Shown piece by piece: positions 20,834 through 27,707 of a DNA stretch of 64,000 nucleotides (within the stretch, counting starts at the first letter, position 1; each line of letters opens with the position of its first letter). Below the pieces are notes generated by a model. The model was not told where the DNA came from. It saw only the letters and a list, made by a program, of their open reading frames with translations, and searched no databases. Location: contig JAEUVA010000010.1 of assembly GCA_016787045.1 (NCBI GenBank), positions 100,531 to 164,530 of the forward strand. Direction: 5' to 3'. The translations under genes and the position numbers were made by a program. The DNA comes from Chitinophagales bacterium (lineage in GTDB: Bacteria; Bacteroidota; Bacteroidia; Chitinophagales; LD1).

Positions 20834-22186
20834 ATGTTTACCTCATACCAATCTAAAATTAAAGAAGCGCTGCTGCTGGCCTTACCCATTATTGCCGGGC
20901 AGTTGGGGCAGGTGCTTATGGGCTTTTTTGATACTGTACAAATTGGCGGCCTGGGGCATACTTACATTGCCGCCACGGGCTTTGCCAATGGCATTTATTG
21001 GGTGATAATACTGCTTGGCATGGGCGTGCTGTTTGCCGTATCGCCATTGGTGAGTGAGGCCTTTGGTGCCGAAAAAGAATACCGCGCCATAGGTGTGCTG
21101 CGCTCGGGTTTGCTGGTATCGGTAGTGTTATCGGTAGTGTTTGTGATAGTTACAGAAATTGTGCGCGCCAACTTAGATGTTTTTAGGCACCCCGAAACAG
21201 ACACTCTGTTAGGTGCGCGGTATTTGCGCGTGATTAATTACTCTACACCGTTTGTTTTCTTTTTTATGTGTGGCAAGCAGTTTTTAGATGGCATGGGCAA
21301 AACCCTGCCCGGTATGTACATTACATTGGGTGGCTTGGCGCTCAATTGTTTTTTGAACTGGGTGCTTATCTACGGCCACTTAGGCGCTCCGGCATGGGGC
21401 GTAGAGGGGGCTGCATTGGCCAGTGGTATTTCAAAATTGGCGATGACGGTGGCTTTGTTTGTGTACATTTTTCAAAGCCGAAAGGTGAAGGATTTGCAAA
21501 CGGCCTACCACAGCCAGACGGAAAATACTACTGCCGGATATACTACGCATGTTTGGCCTATACTTACCATAGGGGTACCTGCGGGCTTGCAGTTTTTTTG
21601 GGAGGTAGCGGCTTTTAGTGCCGGGCAGGTCATGAGCGGGTGGATAAGCATAGAAGCCGAAGCCGCGCACATGATTGCTATTGGTATGGCCAGCATTACG
21701 TTTATGGTCATTACCGGGTTTTCGGCTGCCGGCACTATACTCACCGGTTTTGCTTATGGCGAAAAAAATGCGGAGGAGGTGAGAAAAACAGGTGTAGCTA
21801 TTCTGCTGATGACATTAGCTACTGAAGTTGTTTTTGCGCTTGTATTTGTACTGCTGCACCGCCAGTTACCACTACTTTATACCAATGAAGTAGTGGTGAT
21901 AGAAATGGCTGCAGCCATGCTTTTGTTGGCGGCACTTTTTCAACTCAGCGATGGGTTACAAGGTGCAGCTGCGGGCTTGCTGCGCGGCATACAAGATGTA
22001 AAAGTACCTGCATTAATAGCGCTCATTTCGTACTGGGGCATTATGGTACCTGCCTGTTATTATTTGGCATTTGAAGCCCGCATGGGGCTTGCCGGCATTT
22101 GGCTGGGGTTTGTAATTGGATTGACCATTGCTGCTGTTGGCATGTGGGCACGTTTTGGGTATATGGCCAAGCGGTTGAGGTTTTAA
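20834..22186 (+). CDS. MATE family efflux transporter
   Basis: ~450 aa with 12 predicted hydrophobic helices. N-terminal LLLALPIIAGQLGQVLMGFFDTVQIG and central LLRGIQDVKVPA are typical of the MATE/NorM family. Start moved to ATG 20834. Confidence 0.8.
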   Translation: MFTSYQSKIKEALLLALPIIAGQLGQVLMGFFDTVQIGGLGHTYIAATGFANGIYWVIILLGMGVLFAVSPLVSEAFGAEKEYRAIGVLRSGLLVSVVLSVVFVIVTEIVRANLDVFRHPETDTLLGARYLRVINYSTPFVFFFMCGKQFLDGMGKTLPGMYITLGGLALNCFLNWVLIYGHLGAPAWGVEGAALASGISKLAMTVALFVYIFQSRKVKDLQTAYHSQTENTTAGYTTHVWPILTIGVPAGLQFFWEVAAFSAGQVMSGWISIEAEAAHMIAIGMASITFMVITGFSAAGTILTGFAYGEKNAEEVRKTGVAILLMTLATEVVFALVFVLLHRQLPLLYTNEVVVIEMAAAMLLLAALFQLSDGLQGAAAGLLRGIQDVKVPALIALISYWGIMVPACYYLAFEARMGLAGIWLGFVIGLTIAAVGMWARFGYMAKRLRF

Positions 22187-22246
22187 AAACTACCAACACA
22201 AACTTATACAAACAATGAGATTCGCAGTAGGATTGCATCAAATCTT

Positions 22247-22281
22247 TTTACAAATTGGGAATTTAATTCCCAATTTGTAAA
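22247..22281. repeat. 35-bp perfect palindrome ending 8 nt upstream of the ATPase ATG
   Basis: TTTACAAATTGGGAATT-T-AATTCCCAATTTGTAAA. It shares its 16-nt arm core with the palindrome at 23432-23480. Confidence 0.9.
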
Positions 22282-22289
22282 TTTGCAAC

Positions 22290-23435
22290 ATGATACCAAG
22301 AGCCATAGAACCCGTACTTAAAAAAGCACTGCGGCAATTTCCGGTAGTGGTACTTACCGGCCCTCGCCAATCGGGCAAAACAACCATAGTAGAGAACCTG
22401 GCAGGGTATAAATATGTGAATCTAGAACACCCCGATTTGCGGGAATATGCTCGTGAAGATTCCCGCGGATTTTTAAGTGAATACGGTAAAGGCAAGTTAG
22501 TTATAGACGAGGCACAATATGTACCTCAACTTTTTTCGTACATACAGGCAGAAAGCGACAAGCACAAAAAGCCGGGTAAATTTGTTCTTACCGGCTCACA
22601 AAACTTTCTGCTCCTACAAAATATTTCGCAAAGCTTAGCAGGGCGCACCGCCATTTTAGAGCTGCTGCCTTTATCAGTGGCTGAATTACAAGCAGCTGGT
22701 AAACTTCCGGCCACCTACGAGCAATTCATTTTCAAAGGCGGGTATCCACGATTATACGGAACAAAGGCCAACAAACAACTGATGATGAGCGGCTACATTC
22801 GCACTTACGTGGAGCGCGATGTGCGCCAAATCGTAAATGTGCAGAACCTTTCGTTGTTCAATAAATTTTTAAAAAGCTGTGCAGCGCGTGTTGGGCAATT
22901 ATTAAATTACAGTTCTATAGGTAATGAACTGGGTATAGACCATAAAACCATCATGAAATGGATGTCTATACTCCAAAGCAGTTATATCATTTACTTGCTA
23001 CAACCCTATCACCGCAATTTTAATAAGCGATTAGTTAAAACACCAAAGTTATACTTTTATGATACCGGCCTTGCCACCGAACTGTTGGGTTTGCAAGATG
23101 TAAAACATCTGTACACTTATCCGCAGCGAGGGGAATTGTATGAAAATCTTGTACTGACGGAGTTAATCAAGCGTAGATTAAACAACGGAACTCAGCCAAA
23201 CCTGTGCTTTTGGAGAGACAGTACGGGCAATGAGGTAGATTTTATAGAAGAAATAGGTTCAAATACCGAGGCGTATGAAGTGAAATCTGCAAAAACCATA
23301 ACTCCCACCTTGTTCAGAGGGTTAGAAACGCTCAAAGCGTTAAGTGGATCAAATATAGGGCTAAATTTAGTGTATGGTGGAGTTGAAAATACTCAGCGAA
23401 ACGGTATTGATGTTTTAAACTGGAAAGGGCTGTAG
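22290..23435 (+). CDS. AAA ATPase with a DUF4143-like C-terminal (PD-(D/E)xK-like) domain
   Basis: Walker A LTGPRQSGKTT, Walker B LVIDEAQY. C-terminal GNEVDFIEE...AYEVKSAK (D..E.K). 381 aa, which is typical of the COG1373-type architecture as I recall it. Confidence 0.7.
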   Translation: MIPRAIEPVLKKALRQFPVVVLTGPRQSGKTTIVENLAGYKYVNLEHPDLREYAREDSRGFLSEYGKGKLVIDEAQYVPQLFSYIQAESDKHKKPGKFVLTGSQNFLLLQNISQSLAGRTAILELLPLSVAELQAAGKLPATYEQFIFKGGYPRLYGTKANKQLMMSGYIRTYVERDVRQIVNVQNLSLFNKFLKSCAARVGQLLNYSSIGNELGIDHKTIMKWMSILQSSYIIYLLQPYHRNFNKRLVKTPKLYFYDTGLATELLGLQDVKHLYTYPQRGELYENLVLTELIKRRLNNGTQPNLCFWRDSTGNEVDFIEEIGSNTEAYEVKSAKTITPTLFRGLETLKALSGSNIGLNLVYGGVENTQRNGIDVLNWKGL

Positions 23436-23480
23436 TGTTTTACAAATTGGGAATCAGATTCCCAATTTGTAAAACACTAC
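23432..23480. repeat. 49-bp perfect palindrome overlapping the ATPase stop codon
   Basis: GTAGTGTTTTACAAATTGGGAATC-A-GATTCCCAATTTGTAAAACACTAC. It lies between convergent genes, so it could also act as a bidirectional terminator. Confidence 0.9.
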
Positions 23481-23506
23481 GCTCTCTTAAATCTAAAGAG
23501 CAATGG

Positions 23507-24724
23507 TCATTGCTTTATTAACTTAAAATTATACCGTTTTTCATTACTTACAATAGTTACAAAATAAATGCCTGCTCCGGTTTCTGATACATCCAGCGCG
23601 GCATCGGTTTGGTTGGCACTTAGTGTGCGGCTGAGTACAATTTGACCGTTGATATTGGTAATGCTTACTATGCTTTCGGTACCACTATATGGCAAGCGTG
23701 TGTGGAGTTGCTCGGTAAATGGGTTGGGGGAGATAATGGGATGTTCCGTTGATATTGTTTGACTGTTTGACAGCATAGATGTTTCGTCCGTTTTTGCTGA
23801 GTTTATTTCAGTTGTAAACCCACACATCGCACCTATCTTGGCCTCAAAAACAGACCCTGCATCTGCCACCTCAAACCCCGGGTTAAGTTCTATAAACTCA
23901 CCTGCCATAAATGTTACAATTCCGTGATTTCCATTAGCCGTGCCCGGAATGAGTGGCTGTATTTTAGTAGTTCCGGTTGTTTTAATTGATTTATCAGCAT
24001 ACCAGTTTTGCTCCAATTGCACTATAATTTTTGTGGTCATTAAAACCAAACCATTAAACGCCTTTACAATGTATAATCCTGAAGATAAGCCATTCAACGA
24101 TACAACGCGCGGTTCATGTGGCATTAGGTCATTTACATGCGTTTGCTTTGCTATTTTACCCTGTAAATCCAATACTACTAATTGTAGTTGCTGAACGAGT
24201 TCTGATATTTCAACATTGATAGTATTGCCCGAATGCAAAAGTGTTGGGTAAATCTTAATTGTAAGGTTGCTTGGTAAATTTTCATCGTCAAATTTTTGCT
24301 CATAAAATAAATCATCAGTTTTAGCCGCTATTGTTGTTCGAGTTATAGCACACGGATTTATTTCAGCTACAAAATCAGTTCCTGAATAGAACCCGTTATT
24401 TAACTCAATATAAGTGCCAGCGTGATAACCAACAGTAATACCATCATTTATACTTTGAGTAGAGACTATTGAGCCTGTTACCGAATAGCCATTTGAGAAA
24501 TTCAGAACCCCAAACAAATTCTCACTTGGCACACAATAATTCATTCTCACAGTAGCTGTGTTCGTTTCACTTCCATCTCTCAAATAACTAAGCAAGTTGG
24601 TGTAACTTGGAGTTAAGCAAACAAAGTAACTGGGTCCGTTGCCGCAGGTGGTCAGCCCCCTAACCCCCAAAGGGGGAATTTCTACGCAGTTGCGCTTTTC
24701 GGTGTTACTCCGGTAGTGGCACAT
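23507..24724 (-). CDS. T9SS-domain protein carrying two sorting-domain modules in tandem and no signal peptide (possible fused or decayed gene)
   Basis: An internal CTD-like block (IYPTLLHSGNT...GLYIVKAFNGLVLMTTKIIVQ) is followed by a second module that ends in a terminal CTD (ISPNPFTEQL...GIYFVTIVSNEKRYNFKLIKQ). Neither M1 nor M61 is followed by a signal peptide. Confidence 0.5.
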   Translation of the reverse strand: MCHYRSNTEKRNCVEIPPLGVRGLTTCGNGPSYFVCLTPSYTNLLSYLRDGSETNTATVRMNYCVPSENLFGVLNFSNGYSVTGSIVSTQSINDGITVGYHAGTYIELNNGFYSGTDFVAEINPCAITRTTIAAKTDDLFYEQKFDDENLPSNLTIKIYPTLLHSGNTINVEISELVQQLQLVVLDLQGKIAKQTHVNDLMPHEPRVVSLNGLSSGLYIVKAFNGLVLMTTKIIVQLEQNWYADKSIKTTGTTKIQPLIPGTANGNHGIVTFMAGEFIELNPGFEVADAGSVFEAKIGAMCGFTTEINSAKTDETSMLSNSQTISTEHPIISPNPFTEQLHTRLPYSGTESIVSITNINGQIVLSRTLSANQTDAALDVSETGAGIYFVTIVSNEKRYNFKLIKQ

Positions 24725-25181
24725 ACTTATACTTTACTTCTACTTGGTAATCGGGCGGGATGTTTTCTACAGCGCAGAACATGCTTCTTGTGCCAGGAAA
24801 CTGTAGTTGCGCAGTATCGCGTTGAATCATACTTACATCATAAATTAGCTTCTTTAGACAAGTATCTTTAGATAAACTTGCTTGAAAGGTATCTCCGTAG
24901 AAATAAGACATCTTCCCAATCATTATATACACAAAATCGGTTTCATCAATTGGGAAGGCAACCGGTGGCGAAAAGGTGCAGTCGGTTATTGAATCAATTT
25001 GAGATTTTCTTCGCATGATGTATTCATACTCGTATAGGTTGCCACCGCAAGTAAATGTATAGTACTTTTCTATAAAAGGATCAACATAGTAGGGAGCGGA
25101 GGCGCAATGCGCCTTGTCTTTACAACAGCTACCTAATAATGTAGCGACAGCTACAATTACTCCAATCGCTATTGGCTTCAT
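24705..25181 (-). CDS. hypothetical lipoprotein
   Basis: Lipobox MKPIAIGVIVAVATLLGSC followed by CKDKAHC. Its ATG overlaps the upstream TGA stop (ATGA). Confidence 0.6.
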   Translation of the reverse strand: MKPIAIGVIVAVATLLGSCCKDKAHCASAPYYVDPFIEKYYTFTCGGNLYEYEYIMRRKSQIDSITDCTFSPPVAFPIDETDFVYIMIGKMSYFYGDTFQASLSKDTCLKKLIYDVSMIQRDTAQLQFPGTRSMFCAVENIPPDYQVEVKYKYVPLPE

Positions 25182-25402
25182 TGTATAACAATTTTCTGTG
25201 TAAATGATGTTGTGGAAGTTTGCACCTTAACTATATACATGCCCTGAGCTAAATTTGCGGTGGGAACTTGTAACGGTGAGCCAAACTGAAGTTCTGCCGA
25301 CTCGGTTGAAATCACATTAACACCGTTTAAATCATAAAATTTTACTTGTTGGTGACGCATCGGCAGAGCCGAAGCTATAACACCAACAAGGGCGAAATAC
25401 AT
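25178..25402 (-). CDS. orphan T9SS C-terminal sorting domain (74 aa, likely a remnant of a cargo gene)
   Basis: VKFYDLNGVNVIS...LAQGMYIVKVQTSTTSFTQKIVIQ is a complete CTD-like block with no cargo domain and no signal peptide. Confidence 0.45.
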   Translation of the reverse strand: MYFALVGVIASALPMRHQQVKFYDLNGVNVISTESAELQFGSPLQVPTANLAQGMYIVKVQTSTTSFTQKIVIQ

Positions 25403-25512
25403 AGGGTGTTCTTTTGCTCTTCGGTGGGGTCTCTCGTGCCGAAAAACAACTCATGATGTGGCGGTTAGAACACCCACCAACAGGAAAATTACTACATATA
25501 TACCATAAAAAA

Positions 25513-25809
25513 CTACTTCAACTTTGGCATACATGTTATGCCCGGTTTTTGCTCCTGCTGCTGTTTGTCTTTTTCATTGCACACCACTTGGTGATAAGTG
25601 ATGTAGTTTGTAGGTTTTGAAATTAAATCATAGCGCATGCTGTCTATAAAAAAATTGTATGCAGCGTAGTTCGGAAACTGATCCGAGCAAATGAGTTCTC
25701 CCGTAGAAATTCTTTTCACACAATCATTCACACAGTCAAAGCACTTTTTACAGCCGGACCAAAACACCAGCAGCACACTACTTACTACAGTAATAGTTAT
25801 TCTTCTCAT
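25513..25809 (-). CDS. small Cys-rich lipoprotein (paralog of 25778-26065)
   Basis: MRRITITVVSSVLLVFWSGC lipobox, then KKCFDCVNDC...LICSD. The start could also be 25833 or 25842. The 5' end overlaps the upstream paralog. Confidence 0.55.
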   Translation of the reverse strand: MRRITITVVSSVLLVFWSGCKKCFDCVNDCVKRISTGELICSDQFPNYAAYNFFIDSMRYDLISKPTNYITYHQVVCNEKDKQQQEQKPGITCMPKLK

Positions 25810-26065
25810 ACAAATATTGAATATTTTTGACATTGTTATCACACAGCTTCACATTTTCGGTAGGAGCTACCAAGGTGCAGCCGCTATTTAGTAGGAATTG
25901 ACGAGAACCCTGCCAGTTTGCTTGCCCGGAGTAATCAGTGCTGCATATCAGGGTAGTAGCAGAGCCACATTGGTAACACTCATTTTTACAGGTAACGCAT
26001 TTAGTACAGGACTGGCTAAACAAGATTAACAAACAGGCAAAAATCAATAGTGTGGGAGATTTCAT
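25778..26065 (-). CDS. small Cys-rich lipoprotein
   Basis: MKSPTLLIFACLLILFSQSC lipobox, then TKCVTCKNECYQC...LICSTD. Its ATG overlaps the upstream TGA stop (ATGA). Confidence 0.6.
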   Translation of the reverse strand: MKSPTLLIFACLLILFSQSCTKCVTCKNECYQCGSATTLICSTDYSGQANWQGSRQFLLNSGCTLVAPTENVKLCDNNVKNIQYLYEKNNYYCSK

Positions 26066-27705
26066 TGCTTTAATATTTTAAATGATAGGTAATTTGTACA
26101 AGTAGTGAACAAGAAAACATAGTAAATGCCGCCCGGCAGTTCTTCAAGTGATATATCTCCGAATGTTTTACCGGCTGACACTAACGCTGAGTTGGCATTG
26201 TATATTTTATAATCTAAGCCGGATTTTATCTCTTCTGTAACCTCTCTTGATGAACCTAAAACTTCAATTTTTCCATCCGTTGGATTAGGCGCGACCAGCA
26301 CTTTGCACGGTTCTATACTGTTAGTAATCATTTCCTGCCAATCTGTTTTTGCATTTGGGCCGCATCCGCTTAAGTATTCATAAGTAACTGTAAATGTTTT
26401 GACTTGCATGCCCATACAATTATAAATTGCTAAATCTACAGTTGCTATATGTTGTGATTGTGTAAAATATGCAAACGGATAACCGTTCCAATATTGTGTG
26501 ATCGGACTATTGATAGATTGTATGTCTTCAAAAATAATAGCCCCTGAACTATTTTTTATCATGACATGGTACCAACCTGCACCATAGGAATAAAAAGCCA
26601 TGTTGGTGCCGAAGCAATTAGTGGGTGTAGGGGGGTAATATGGAGCACTACAGTTTAAAAATGCGCATTGATTGGCATAATCAATATTTAAACCAAAATC
26701 ATAAGCCGGATCGTCCACTGCCCCACACGGTGCAATTTCTGCTACAAAAACACCGCCCGGCTCTACAACAAACCCCGGTTGTATATCAATAAAACCCCCA
26801 GCCCTAAACTTTATTTTTCTGTTAGATTTAACTATGACAGGTCCTGTGCTCATGTTTGGGGCACCCACATCGCTGCCGGCTCTAATAAATAGCCGTCTTT
26901 GGGTATTGTTTGGTAGTTTGTCCGAAATATCTTGGTATAGCATATAGTCCCCACAACAATCTCTATAAAGTTCTACATCATCTAATTGCACGCCTATTGA
27001 TGCGCAGGGGATTTCAACATCAGATTGATCATAAACCACCAAATCTATTGCAATCCAATCGTAACCGAATTCAAAAATTTTAATAGGGTCTATGGTCACT
27101 TGCTGCCAGCTATCGGCATTTGCAGTTAAAATAGGCGCTAAATAGGTTATGGGTTTTGTGGCGTGTATCTTTCTATAGTTAGCAGCACAGCTAACAGCAT
27201 CAATGTCGCTATTCTCTGAATGATAGCTAACTTCTGTTTTAGATAATCTTACACGCAGGTAATACTTATAACTACTGTTGTATTCGTACAACCCAAAACT
27301 GCTTGACCCCGGTGCTGAAAATAACTTTACATTGGCTTTAAAGTAATATAATCCTTCATTCAAAGCGTTTTGTAAATCTTGTTGTATAAGCTCCTCTGGC
27401 GTAAAGTATACTAAAAAATTACCTGTTGTGGGTAATACGCTGTTCATAAAGGGGTCAAAATTTCTGCAGCCAGAAAGCGTTGATAGCCAATCCGGAGAGT
27501 GTATAGCGCTGGTTCCGCTTGAGGTAGACGAGGAAACGGTTTGAGTTCTTGATGTCCAATCTTTTACCTTTTCAAACTGAGCTAAGCCTGTAGGGCAATC
27601 ACCGGTTATGTTAGGTGTCTCAAAGGAGTGATTACGTATTAAGTTTTGGGATTGAGCCGTAGCCCAAATCGCAAACAACAGGGATATTGTAAGAGGAGTT
27701 TTCAT
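26062..27705 (-). CDS. secreted T9SS cargo protein of unknown function
   Basis: Signal peptide MKTPLTISLLFAIWATAQSQ. Motif GGFIDIQPGFVVEPGGVFVAEIAPCG. C-terminal CTD VAPNPTDGKIEV...GGIYYVFLFTTCTNYLSFKILKQ. Confidence 0.7.
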   Translation of the reverse strand: MKTPLTISLLFAIWATAQSQNLIRNHSFETPNITGDCPTGLAQFEKVKDWTSRTQTVSSSTSSGTSAIHSPDWLSTLSGCRNFDPFMNSVLPTTGNFLVYFTPEELIQQDLQNALNEGLYYFKANVKLFSAPGSSSFGLYEYNSSYKYYLRVRLSKTEVSYHSENSDIDAVSCAANYRKIHATKPITYLAPILTANADSWQQVTIDPIKIFEFGYDWIAIDLVVYDQSDVEIPCASIGVQLDDVELYRDCCGDYMLYQDISDKLPNNTQRRLFIRAGSDVGAPNMSTGPVIVKSNRKIKFRAGGFIDIQPGFVVEPGGVFVAEIAPCGAVDDPAYDFGLNIDYANQCAFLNCSAPYYPPTPTNCFGTNMAFYSYGAGWYHVMIKNSSGAIIFEDIQSINSPITQYWNGYPFAYFTQSQHIATVDLAIYNCMGMQVKTFTVTYEYLSGCGPNAKTDWQEMITNSIEPCKVLVAPNPTDGKIEVLGSSREVTEEIKSGLDYKIYNANSALVSAGKTFGDISLEELPGGIYYVFLFTTCTNYLSFKILKQ

Positions 27706-27707
27706 AT

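Noticed and set aside
22238-23495. Target-site duplications flanking the hairpin-bracketed ATPase units. AAATCT occurs near both ends of the second unit, and I also checked the flanks of 11132 and 12648.
   Set aside because: The hexamer is not immediately adjacent to the right-hand palindrome (8 nt away), and no duplication at all flanks the first unit. That is insufficient to claim transposition.
25404-25477. 9-bp inverted repeat GGGTGTTCT ... AGAACACCC, with inner TTCGG/CCGAA pairing, in the only internal gap of the island operon.
   Set aside because: It could be a structured leader or debris from the deletion that created the orphan sorting domain. It is too short and unsupported to call as an RNA element.
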